Assembly (NCBI GenBank): GCA_016748015.1
Contig: JAAOMT010000436.1
Span: 176,703-240,702, forward strand
Source of the DNA: Geosiphon pyriformis uo1
Lineage: Eukaryota; Fungi; Glomeromycota
Length of the DNA stretch: 64,000 nt
Direction: 5' to 3'
Below the pieces are notes generated by a model, which saw only the letters and a list, made by a program, of their open reading frames with translations, searched no databases and was not told the DNA's origin. Position numbers and translations under genes: made by a program. How positions within the stretch are numbered: the first letter of the stretch is position 1; each line of letters opens with the position of its first letter. Positions 13,127-24,945 of the stretch are shown here, one piece after another.

Positions 13127-14467
13127 TTGAAAGATCAAGATTTGGAATATTATTGAGATATTTCAATTTGATATGGATATATGGCAGCAATATATACCGA
13201 AAACCTCGACTATGTATTTTTATATTTAATTTATTTAATTTGAATCATATTTACGCATATCAAACTGAGCATATTCATAATTGACTGAATAGAAATTTCT
13301 TAAAATTCTAAGTTTTAAGAAATAATAAATGTCATTGATCATATATTTTGATTAGTCTTGAATTAAACTTATCCCTTTTTATCGATTAAAAGAAATTTTT
13401 TATGGGATATTAAATTTAATTAAGTAATTAAAAGAGATTACCAAAATAGTAATATCGGAAATTTCTTTTTTACTGTGACACAATTCCTAAATGGGCAAGC
13501 ATCCTGTTGGTTTGTAAAACAAAAAGTACAATTCAAAAATAAATTGGTAACAATGCACAATGAAGATGCAAGTTTGAATTCAAAACCGTAATAATGATGG
13601 CAGCAAGGCCCTTACATTTCTCAGGAACACATCTTAGCCTTATATAGTTAAGAGACACGTTGGTGTAAAGTTTCCAAAGCCATAAAAAATGGGTTTCAGT
13701 CTGATATTTTTGATGCCCGAATACGGGTATCAAATCAAGATCACATTTTCAAGTAATTTCGTCAAAACATGTTCGTTGGACATGCTCATCTTTCATTGAA
13801 CTGTAAAATTCCTCATTTCTCTTTGCTCATTTGTGGATTGCATACCAAGTGGTCTCGCTTGTAACCCTCGCTTTTTTGCGAAATAACTATCCTAAATAAG
13901 TTTATAATAGGTTTGATTCGATGATTTTAAAATACAAATTTTTCTTAAGATTCCCCATTGTATCATTGTATCATTGTTGCTAAAGATGTACAATTATAAA
14001 TCATCATAAAATTTCTCCTAATATTTTTTTTTCGCGGATTTTATATACTTTCGTTTATCATTCCAATAAGTAAATTTTTGCCTTGCCACGAATATGTTCA
14101 AGCGACACTGTCAAAGAATATAAGAAAAAGACGACTGGTATTGAGTATTAGAAGCAGTTATAGGAACTATTTTTAACCAAACCCTAGCAACAGCGGCAGT
14201 GCTGAGAACCTCTTTTGCCATATTTAGTAGCCGCACATCAAAAACGTATCACCTTCCCTTATTCCTCTTTTGTTTTTTTTGTCCTTTTTTGTTGATATTT
14301 CTTTTCCTCTCTTCCCGAGAACTTTTTTAAACACCATTATAGAATAATAGTGTTTACAAAGGTCTAGCATAGAACTTGCAAGTCTTATTACTAAATTATT
14401 GGCATTAATTATAATCTCTTGCCGAGGTCGAAACTTTGGATTTTCGATTTGTTTGGCAGAAAAGCAT

Positions 14468-16174
14468 ATGGCACCATTGATAATCAATAAACAGAATGTT
14501 CAAAATATTTATATCTCTGAACCCTGTCGTTCCAAAGACACAACTTTCTGTTTATCATCACAAATGCTCCACGCTTCACGTATATCTGACCAATTAATAA
14601 AAAATCAACGCGTAAATCACAAGCATCTTTTACCACAAAAGGTGATTAATCGACGAGCCGAACCGCCTCTCCAAACAACGTTAAATAGTACAACCACCAT
14701 AGATACGACAAATACCCCAATAATAAACTCTCCTACTCAAGTCTCTACACCAATCAATCCGGTGAACCCTATTCCAAAAACCCAATCTACATTATTACCA
14801 ACTTCAACTTCAATTTCTACTAGATCAGCTTCTGTTCCGAGTTCCTCATCCATATCCTCAACGCGTTCTTCTCCAACCACAAAATCATCCTCAACATTAA
14901 TAATCACAACAACAAAAACAACACAACCCTCGGTTCAAGCAACAGATCCGGTTTCTATAACAATCCATGAATTTAAACCTTTCATTGTTCCGTTGATTCT
15001 TCTCATCCTCGGATTTAGTGCATTGGTCTTCTTATGTTTTTGTGTAAGATGGAGTAAATTTTCGCGGAAAAACGGAAGGAAGGGAAATAATTTGGGAGTT
15101 GAAGCAGGAGATGGAACTGACACTTATAATAACGCCAAAATAATTTGTGATGGTGCTGGAAATCACCAATGTAGCAATTGTGGGGTTTTCATTGCTGATC
15201 AAAAGGATGATAGCAATGGGAGTGATGATAATGGCTCTTTTGATAATGCTTCTGATAATGAAAAGAACCAATATGTAGTGAACAATAATAATAACAATAA
15301 AAATACAAACATTAATGAGGGTGGTGGTGGGATGGCTGTACTAAGTCGACCTTTGACACCAATACCAGGCAATGATAATAGTAGTGGAAACATTAGTAAA
15401 CGAGTAAGTTTTAAACTTACTCGGAAATCAAATTCACAACCACATTATTCCAAACCATCATCATCATCGGTATCATCTCAACCCTCTTCACCGACAATCC
15501 CAGAAGAAGATGTATGGGCACGATATTTACAGCAAATAAACCAAACGAACAATTCTACACCTACAGTCTCAGCATTTACTGAGATGATGGAAATTGAACC
15601 TGACCCCATTGTGACAAATTCAATAGGTTCTATAACCCCTACTCAAATTCGTCCCAATACCAACTCACTCGTATCAAAACAAACTCTTCAAATCAATGAT
15701 GATGGGAACAAGTTACAAAACCCAAACTTGCTATCCCCTACCTCCTCGCGACCATCATCTCCTAGTCCATCAAAATCCGACATAGATCAACAATCAATAA
15801 GTGGATTAAAAAGATCAGATACTACCATCAGTGAAGCGACTACACGGCTTTCCTCTGTTACATTGATTGATGACGATGATCGTCTACGAGATGATGATGA
15901 TGAGGATGAGGATGATGATGATGATGATGACGATGATGATGATGATGATGACGAGTATCAGAGTAATCTCAAGTTAGAAGAGAATACCCTTAATATTGAT
16001 CTATCACAGGTGCCACCTTCAACACCGAGATCAGAATCGTCTGCTAGTTTATCTTCATCAACCCCAAGATCTCCATCACCGACCTTCGAGGAGAGAAATG
16101 TATTAAGAGCAATTTCCCCATCACCAGAAAAGAAACCAATTTCGTCAAAAAATTTAGAATCAACTGTGGTTTAA
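14468..16174 (+). CDS. Single-pass membrane protein with Ser/Thr/Pro-rich ectodomain and disordered acidic tail (Mid2/mucin-like sensor candidate)
   Basis: Uninterrupted ORF with first ATG at 14468. S/T-rich stretch, TM FIVPLILLILGFSALVFLCFCV followed by basic RWSKFSRKNGRK, poly-Asp tract at ~15890-15952. No clear signal peptide. Confidence 0.75.
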   Translation: MAPLIINKQNVQNIYISEPCRSKDTTFCLSSQMLHASRISDQLIKNQRVNHKHLLPQKVINRRAEPPLQTTLNSTTTIDTTNTPIINSPTQVSTPINPVNPIPKTQSTLLPTSTSISTRSASVPSSSSISSTRSSPTTKSSSTLIITTTKTTQPSVQATDPVSITIHEFKPFIVPLILLILGFSALVFLCFCVRWSKFSRKNGRKGNNLGVEAGDGTDTYNNAKIICDGAGNHQCSNCGVFIADQKDDSNGSDDNGSFDNASDNEKNQYVVNNNNNNKNTNINEGGGGMAVLSRPLTPIPGNDNSSGNISKRVSFKLTRKSNSQPHYSKPSSSSVSSQPSSPTIPEEDVWARYLQQINQTNNSTPTVSAFTEMMEIEPDPIVTNSIGSITPTQIRPNTNSLVSKQTLQINDDGNKLQNPNLLSPTSSRPSSPSPSKSDIDQQSISGLKRSDTTISEATTRLSSVTLIDDDDRLRDDDDEDEDDDDDDDDDDDDDDEYQSNLKLEENTLNIDLSQVPPSTPRSESSASLSSSTPRSPSPTFEERNVLRAISPSPEKKPISSKNLESTVV

Positions 16175-16893
16175 AATCTGGTGAAAGTGACTAAGATTAA
16201 TAATAGTAATAATGTGAACAATGGGGTACCAGGAGTGAGGGCAAAAGATATGAATAGCGGAGAAGAAAATGTGTATGATAATCGGACATTGGCCTCTCCT
16301 ACGCTGCCTCCAAACATTTACAATGGTGCAGGTCATCAAAGAGACGAAGAGGGGAGCTGAATTGTGAGGGGGCGAAAAAGGGTAGTTAATTTGGAATAAA
16401 GCAGAAAGTATCATGTAGTTTTAAAGATAAAATTTAGATTGCTTTAATTATTTTGTAGCATAATAGACTGACATACTAATATAATTATAGATTGTATTTA
16501 AATTCATTAAAAAAACGTAGATCATTTTCGAAAGAATTATTTTTTGAGCAAAATTGAAATAACCATTTACATAAAATTTGCTTTTTTAAACAAGTAGGTT
16601 AATTCAATCTAAATAATGCTAATCTCTATAATGTTAATAATATTAATAATACAAGAATTTTATAATTATTTAATTTGCAAAAAAAATATTTTGAATATTA
16701 ATTTTAAACAAACATTCAGAAATGCCATTCACTTAACTCAACATAAACAATGGGCTATTTAAAAAATACCACTTGCTATTTTTTGCTTTATCTTTTGAAA
16801 TTATGTATGAAACTTGAAAGATGTATTTCAAAAACAGTCTTTTTTTCATTATCTCAAAAAATGACCCCTGTTTCATCTTCCCAAATTTAGCAA

Positions 16894-17884
16894 TCAGAGC
16901 CCACTAGAATTACCACCATTTTCAATATTAGCCTTCCGTCTTTGCATATATTTAATAAATCTCGTTGGGATTAGTCGACCCCACATCCGCGTCACAATCA
17001 TTTTAAAATATGCTTGACGCCCAAAGATAGTACCAACTCCGTATAATATGATGGAGTATAGCGGAAGAGTTATACTTAGATAAGCAAAGCGGTAGGACCA
17101 TGGGCCTTCAAATAACGTACCTGTATTTGTTGATGAAGGGTAAATCGGTTATTTTCCTATATAACGATACATTTTCTATTGTAGAACGAATTGGTTTCCT
17201 GATTCGCATTATGGACAATGGTCCACACGTTCATAATCTTTCTAAAACGAGCTAATCTGCTGCATACGTGTCTTGATGCAGTATTTACTAATAGCTTGAA
17301 AAAATTCGGGGCCTTTATTCAGATATTCACAAACCTTGTATCCCTAGTACATGAGTCAATATGGGTTTAACGAGACGAACTGTTGTAGACCCTGTGATTC
17401 CAAATACCACAAAAATTATTGTCCACTCTTTCCACCATAACCAACTCCACCGTTTTAGTTCTGATTCATTGGCCATGAGCCGTGGAGGAGTACCGTTCTG
17501 AGAAGTGGAAGAGGAATAGCTACGTGACGTTTCACTGACAGACAAGAGCGGGGCGTTTATAGTGTTTGAATTTGCACCGGGTTTTTTGAATGGCTCAGCT
17601 AACCCTTCTTTTGCGTCAAGTGACATAGTATGGTTGAATTTATTGACGTATATGGTATTGAAAAGTCGACAAAGTCTTGTTTTTGCGGTTGGTGATAAAG
17701 TAAAAAACCGATATTTGAATTGTTTGTGTAGGGTTGCAGTACTAGTGCCAAACATAGAGTGGTTAAGGTTATTGCTCAAGGAAGAGTTTAACCTGCATTG
17801 AACTCTCATGGGTTTTTTCGCAAAAACTTTAGTTGTTTGGGAAATAACAAAGAATGGGGAACGTAATATCGACATAACAGACAT
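16894..17884 (-). CDS. Membrane protein with DUF6787-like C-terminal domain and probable mitochondrial presequence (2 exons)
   Basis: Exon 1 ends ..WWKEWTIIFVVFGITGSTTVRLVKPILTHVLGIQG. Intron 17334-17121 (GT-AG). Exon 2 is TLFEGPWSYRFAYLSITLPLYSIILYGVGTIFGRQAYFKMIVTRMWGR..SSGL* with stop at 16894. N-terminus is R/K/S-rich and acid-free. Domain name is from recalled motif similarity. Confidence 0.7.
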
Positions 17885-18457
17885 TATAGATCTTGAAGAA
17901 TTTTTCGCCGATTTATAAAAATTTGATTCTACTGAGGCGATGATAGGTGTTGATTCATTTTCGGAGCAACATGAATCAGTTATATCTCAGTAGTGCCATA
18001 TTTGAAGAGTGCACATGCCATTCCTTTTTTTAGATTCCATTTTTAAAACCTACCGAGACCACGCCGCATTGTCATGATAGGCCTTAAGAACCGTGCACCT
18101 AAGCAATGGTGTATAAGTTAAAAGAATGGAAGTAGATTCTCTTAATTTGTTTAACTTAAAATCATATTTGGAGATCGGTATCTCACTTGGAGAAACGATT
18201 ATCTTTTCAATCATTGAAACCGAGTTCAAAGGAATAAAGCATATAAAAATTCCGATGAACTCCTGATGATCCATGTATCTACTATGAAGATAAGCAGATT
18301 AAGACCGTGAAGAGGAACTGGAAGTAACTCTCCTAAATGATCACTAATAGAAGGCCAAATGAGTGATGGAAAACGACAATTCCATTGCCAACAAGATCAA
18401 GTAATCGATACTAAATAACCGAAAATGATCCGAATAACAGGCCCGAGATACAACGTA

Positions 18458-19271
18458 TTAAGAATTGAAAGACTGTTGTGATGTGGCCTGTTGCTGCTGT
18501 GGCTGTTTTCGCAAACTCGATAACCTTTTCTTTTCCCCTTCAAGCTAAACGATGATATGAAGAAAATTAATTTTTGCGGTGTCACACAAGGAATTAGTTC
18601 GATTTGGTTTTATCAATAAAAAAACGAGTTCGTGAGAATATTTGTAGAGACCAGGAAGAACTTTGAGCTTCATAATTTGAGATATATTCGAATAAAGCAT
18701 TAGAGATAACCCATATAAACACATTTGTATAACTTACCACTTTCTTAACGCGTGCAAGAGATCCAGAGGAATTGGAATTCGCTTTACAGTTTTCAAGATC
18801 ATATGGCGGATTGATTAAAACCTCATCAAGAACCACAATCGTATTCTTATGCCAACGCACTGGCAGCCTAAAGTTAATAAAATCATCCAAAAGAATCAAA
18901 AATTTTTGAACCTTCAACGATAGAAAAATATTTAGATTGATTAATTTGAAAGTTATATTGTCTTACGTCTTGCTCAGCGCGTCAAAAATCTCCTGGGCTT
19001 CCGAAGTCACTCCTACCCCAATTCTTGCCAGCGAGGCTTGAGTCTCTTTGAGAGCTTGGGTTTCTCTGGCCTGAATCCTGTCCATTTGCACGTAGCTGAC
19101 CGGGGGATTAATTGTAGCGAAGACACTGGTAGTAGGATTATTTACTATCACTTGTCCATTGACTGGTGTTGTGCTAGTATTATTATTGTTATTGTTATTG
19201 TTATTATTATTAATATTATTAATATTATGATTATTATGATTATTATTAGTACTAGTACTAGTACTAGTAGC

Positions 19272-19318
<47 letters not shown>

Positions 19319-19693
19319 AATTGCTACCGATACTACTTGAACTATCCACGGAGGGTTTTCGACTCGGCAAATGAGTCACCTCTTTGAGAAAACTAATTTT
19401 TAAGATACGAAAATCATGTTTTGGAGAGCTGCCAGAGGTACTATACGTGGTGGTAGAAGTACATTGTGCTAGATCAATCAATCGATTATAGAATTAAGGA
19501 AATTGACCATTGTAATAATTGAGTATGCTTAAAAAATCAAGCGATTAAAAGGATATGAAGCACAACGCAGTTTGTCTTAGTGTCATAAGCATAAATTTGT
19601 CCCTCGTACTCTTCATCCGTCAATGTTTTTACCCTAATAGTGAGCCCAAGAGCCCACTCTAAACCCTTTTGCTGTTGTTGCTGTTGCTGTTGC

Positions 19694-19754
<61 letters not shown>

Positions 19755-20013
19755 GCTGTTGCTGACTGTGCTGTTGTTGCTGCTGCTGCTGCTGACTGTG
19801 CTGTTGCTGCTGATGCTGGTGAGTTTGATGGTGTTGTTGTTGTTGTTGAGATTGTAACTCCCCACGATTATCAGTGGAAGAGGAGGCAGAAGAATTATTA
19901 GTATTTGCGTTCACAAGAGTATTATTGTTACTATTGCCTGTTGATCGTTGGTTGGAGTTGTCAGAAGTGGCGTTATTGGAACGATTCGAGGTGTGCGATT
20001 TTGAGCGTTGCAT
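18458..20013 (-). CDS. LSM12: Lsm12-like protein (Lsm domain plus anticodon-binding AD domain) with polyQ/polyT/polyN tracts, 4 exons
   Basis: WALGLTIRVKTLTDEEYEGQIYAYD (Lsm); IGVGVTSEAQEIFDALSKT|LPVRWHKNTIVVLDEVLINPPY..LARVKKV|LEGEKKRL (AD domain). First intron is AT-AC. Stop at 18458. Confidence 0.9.
19466..19556 (-). other. U12-type (minor spliceosome) AT-AC intron, 91 nt
   Basis: 5' site /ATATCCTTTT, branch-like TTTCCTTAAT (19502-19493), 3' end CTAGCAC/. Splicing restores the frame as CVVL-Q-CTST. No in-frame GT donor nearby. Confidence 0.88.
19668..19848 (-). repeat. Coding (CAA/CAG)n microsatellite, polyQ of LSM12
   Basis: Long TTG/CTG runs on the + strand, about 30 consecutive Gln. 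Further (AGT)n and (ATT)n runs at ~19180-19318. Confidence 0.95.
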
Positions 20014-20729
20014 GTGGCTACAGTGTCCAACTCACAAGGATTTTTTTTGTTTTCAAGAAGCGAAAAACGCAGTTTGACAGGCGCTGAAAAGAAGGCTGTA
20101 TTGGGGAACGAGAGATAAAGAAATACAAACAGAACCACACTAAGGCGAAGTGATAAAACAAGTTTCAGGCAGCCAGACAAGTGGATCGGTTTACAAGGAT
20201 TTCCACAGCTCCTTGTAATAAAAGAATTTCAAACAACCAGCCAAGTTCAACCAACTTCCCCTTGCTCCCCGGCTTCGACGAAACAATAATGGTCGTACAG
20301 ATGTGACGTATCAACACGAAGTCTAAGTTTGGTTATTCACGTGGTATGACAAATATCACATATTATCTGATTGGGTTGTCACTAAATAATTTAAATTTTG
20401 TTAGCTTCCCAAAATAAAATCGACTATAAAAAACGGCCAATTTTTCGATTTAAATTTAGACAGAAACTCATGTTTTATTGCAAACTCATCTCTTTTAGGC
20501 TCCAAAAATTGGCATCATTAGCTTTTGTATATAGCAATAATCAAGTTTTTTAGGTAAGCTAATAATAAGAAATCGTTTAAAATTCACTACCTATTATTGT
20601 TCTGACACCCGGAGTTACATTAGATCAATCTGAAATGCAATGATGACTCTTCAGTCTTTGATGATATTACATTTATTCTCGTGATCTAATAACAGCAAAC
20701 GGCAAGAGTCAAAATAAATCGTAGTCAAT

Positions 20730-21325
20730 TATTAGGATCCCAAAACTTCACATTAGCCTGGTATCATCCAACGACCATTAGGAGAAACAGCAACCGGATT
20801 CGTTATAATATGACATCGTCCTGGAGACTACCGGGAAACCAGGGTTTTACCATCGGGGAAAATATAACAGAGTAAACACGGTCCTTATGACCTTCCCAAA
20901 GACGAAAAAGCTTATCAAGTGACCCAGCAGCAACGAACTGACCATCAGACGGAATGCAACCCTGGTGAACAAACATCCTTTAAACTTGATTGTTATTTGA
21001 TATTCAATTTGAAAATCATTTCACCCGAAATAATATAGAGAAATCTAATGAATAAACATCTTGATCCAGATTTATACACTTGTGTAATAAATCACCTATT
21101 GGTGATTGACCAGGTTTATTTGGGGGCGCGGGTAGGAAACCATTATGATACAAAGAGCCTGGAAAGGTTTTTGGGAGTCCATAGATTGATTAGATGGTAG
21201 ATCTTCATTACACGGCTGTTTAGGAGTTGTGTCGAGGAACTACTATTCATATAAGGTGATTGAATGGAACTACTACCACCTTGTGGACCATTTTGTAGTG
21301 GGCCACTTGGACTCATAGAATACAT
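20730..21325 (-). pseudogene. TUP1: Degenerate TUP1-like WD40 corepressor pseudogene
   Basis: Collinear fragments QDVYSLDFS / [44 protein letters not shown] / VAVSPNGRWMI / VKFWDP match Tup1 WD repeats. At least 3 frameshifts, stops and large internal deletions. Confidence 0.8.
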
Positions 21326-23152
21326 TCATCAAATTCTCAAGGTTCTTTGTCTTTTAAAGGATCTCAGTGGTTGGTATACATTAAAACAATTTGACTCAAA
21401 GCCAAAATTTAATAATGTTTCAAATGATAATGTTTGGAAAAAGGTTGTTCACAGTAAGAGTCCTACGTACCGTATTCTATTGAATTTTAAATGAGCAAAA
21501 AAAAAAGTGAAATAAAATGAAGCAAGAAATAGTCAATTAAAACAACACGAACAAACTTTTAATAACATCAATTTATACCTTCCATCCTTGATTGCTAAAT
21601 TTTTAAAGAGTAATTATTGGACACGCAATCAAATCCACGTAATTACGAGTCAATTTTTAGTAGTGATTGTGATTTCACTCAAAGAAGAAAGTTTTTTAAC
21701 CTGTTCAATATCAAAAGCTATTGCTTTGTTGGTGAATTTTGCCACTTTCTATTTTTACATATGTGAACATGTATAGTTTACGAAATATTTCCATTCGAAA
21801 AAAACAAGATTTGATGCCTACCTCCTTAACTGAAATATAAATTTTCACTATTAGGAAAATTAACGGCTCGACAGAGCACGGAAATTCTCTAATTCACAAT
21901 ATGAAGTTTTGAGGTTTATTTTTCAAAAAGCGAACAGAATTGATCTCAAATGGATATCAACTTCTGAATATGCCTAAAGTAAAAAACCTCCAAAGATATG
22001 CTATACTTTTTTCAATCTAGACTTCTGCTTAACGAAGAATTTACCTGATTTTATAAGACAGTAAAAAATGATTTGTGTTTATAAATTTACAAAAAATCTA
22101 TTCTTTTGTAGGATATTTTTAATTTTGGTAAATAGTTATGATTTTTTTGACATTTTGAATTATTTCTTGATTATTTGAACAACAACTTATTTATTCAATT
22201 GTGAAAAATTGCATCAAAAGCATCAAATTCATAAATGAACTTTTTTATTGATATTCAATTTCTTACTCTTTGAACTTTTATATGCAAAAATAATTCCTGA
22301 AATTCATCCATGAAAAATTTTCAAAAATTTTTTCGATGATAAGGAAAAAAGAAATAGCACATTAAATTTTAATCTTTATACAATTTCTCAAAGTGTTGGT
22401 GATAATAATAAAGTTTTGGAAACTTAATTTGGCGAGTCTTAAATTCATGCTGCTTGAAGCATATTGACTAACTGATAATATAACTTAATACAATATATAT
22501 ACCTAAAAATAATATAAATAGCACCCAAAAAACCCATTTCTTTTGTTGTTTATTATTCCATTCAATTGATAGTAAATTGATGTTCACTATATTTTATTAT
22601 TTACTATAGTTTCATTAGGTGGCAGGCACAATAAAACCAGATTGACATGCTGAATATATACTCAACTTGGCGCGTCAAAATTACGCATCCTTTAACCGAA
22701 AGGAGGAAAGCAGTACAGAAGCTTATCTTTTATTAGGTCATTATGTGAATATATTCCCTTTAGTCTAGCTGAAAATAATTGATCAAGTCCAACACAACTA
22801 ATTTAAGACGAAAAGTGATATGCTTAATTCGTTAATTTTTTAGAAGCAAAAATACGAATTCAAAAATTTTATTTGCATTTAAATTGAGATTTGCCCATAA
22901 GAACCAAAATTTAATAAAGGAAAAAATAAATAATAACCGATTTGTTGTTAGGAAGAGGGTAATCTTCGTCCAATCAACAAGACTGCTAACTTTCTTACTT
23001 CTATTGAGTGGGATGAAACTTCCATCCAGCTCATATAATGTATATAACCAGTCAACAGAAACATAGGAAAGATTTCGAAAGGTGAACCCAATCGTTTGCT
23101 CATAATAACCAAAAATTCTATTCTATCATTCATTTTCAACTAGGCTATTTGC

Positions 23153-24370
23153 TTACTTTGAATGATGTTTTTCTGCAGCAACTCCAACTGTAGCAGCAGC
23201 AGCAGTAGCAGTAGCATTTCCTCCATCACCATTAAGAGCCTGCTCAAGACTGCCCTTGGATTGATCCCAATCTTTTGTGTCATCATAGCTGGCACCAAAA
23301 TCTTCCTCGGTAACTTCAGGATGTTCTTGAGCATATCTTGCGAATACCCTTTGCAGGCTTTCTAACATCGGATCACGATATAGCAATACCGAAGATTGCT
23401 CCCTATTTATCCTTTCTATAACTTTTGTCAATCTCAATTGGTTTCGAGGATGAATCAAAAAATTCTCATCATCTGCTAAAAAATGTTGTCGCTGAAGCAA
23501 AAGCTTTTGCTGGGTACGTGAAATAGCTGAAGACGGTGGGAATCGAGGCTTAAGAGGATATTCGAGAGGATCAGAGTTATAAAATGAAGAAAAGTCTTCT
23601 GAATTATCAAAAGTGGATGGATAAAACTCGAAAGATGAATTTGATGACGATTGCCCGTTGAGAATTGGAATTTCTGAAGGATTTGGATAATTATTTAACA
23701 AATGGAACATTGGGGTATGATTGCTGTTATTTTCTGTGACTAATGAAGCATCATGTATAACTTCTCCCGGATTGGGGAAAACAGGATTAGTATTAGGTAA
23801 ATCATTAAGAACAAATTGCAAATGTTGTTTTTGCAGGAGCAAGTTATTTAAGGAGGGTTCAGTGGTATAAATGAGCCTATCCTCTTGTGGTGGTCCTCGG
23901 TCTGTTGTTGCCAAGTTAGATGATTCGGGGCCATTAATTGATTCAGGTAATTCATTAATAATTGAAGGAACAACTTCAGGTATCTTTTCCTCTTCAATCT
24001 GTGCTTGCTTTACTTGAGGAGAATCTGAGGGTGAGCCAGAATTTATTTGGGCAGTACTATTATCTATTGCCCCTTCAACATTTTTTTGTATTTTTCGTAA
24101 CTCTTTTTCAGCAAAGGCTTTCTCCAGTTCATCAGTGGGATAAGGTTTAACATACCGTGACTTTGAATCTCTATGGGCTTCTATCGTTTCTTTCGGTTTT
24201 ATAATGTTATCATTAGGAGCGATGCTTGTTTTCTTGGCTAAAGCTTCTTCTGATTCCTCAGCTTCTTTTGAATCGCTAAGGCTGTTTGATTCAGAATCCG
24301 GTGATTTGCTTATATTGTTTGAGGTGCTTGTATTATTTATTGAGGCTTCTACCTCAGTGCGAGTGTCCTG

Positions 24371-24404
<34 letters not shown>

Positions 24405-24721
24405 CTAGCGCCTTCATCTATCCCTCTGGCTGTAACCGACAAAAATTTATCGGGCTTGTCATTTATCGTGATAGAGTTTTGTGTATTTGGAATTACTGGC
24501 GAGACAGTTTCTGTTATGTCTGATACTGACTCCATAAGTGTATCAATTGTTGCCGGCATTGAGTTTGTGGTTTGTAATTGTTCCACTTCCTCGAGTTCTG
24601 TTGCCACTTTATTCGAAGCAACAGTGGCTGTGTCAAATTGGGCTGTAGGAGGCATAGAGGAGGCTTTTATCGCTTTAGTTTTTACTGCCGCATCGGAATT
24701 ATTAACTTCTTCTGTGGTCAT
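23153..24721 (-). CDS. Disordered acidic protein with C-terminal TCO89 (TORC1 subunit)-like domain
   Basis: Single-exon ORF with first ATG at 24721. Motif SRTQQKLLLQRQ..RLTKVIERINREQSSVLLYRDPMLESLQRV resembles the Tco89 conserved block. Confidence 0.75.
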
Positions 24722-24945
24722 AATATGTCTTCGGTAGAGAGGATGAATTTTCTTTTTTAAATATGAAAAATTAATTATTTTTACAAGTATACACAAGAAT
24801 TGTCACTAAGGATATCCCACCAGATTTTTTTACCACTAGACCGAGCATAACTTGTGATCACATCATAGCAGCGTGACTTTGAAACGTCACGAGCCTCAAC
24901 GGATTTAAATAATTTCTGATGAATCAAAATTCTCAGAGTCAAACG

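Noticed and set aside
19669-19857. Poly-Leu ORF, and the neighbouring alternative-frame ORFs at 19038-19340 and 19659-19865
   Set aside because: Antisense or shifted readings of LSM12 triplet repeats.
21143-21494. Short ORFs 21143-21325 and 21264-21494 as independent genes
   Set aside because: The first is probably the 5' remnant of the TUP1-like pseudogene and the second is its antisense overlap.
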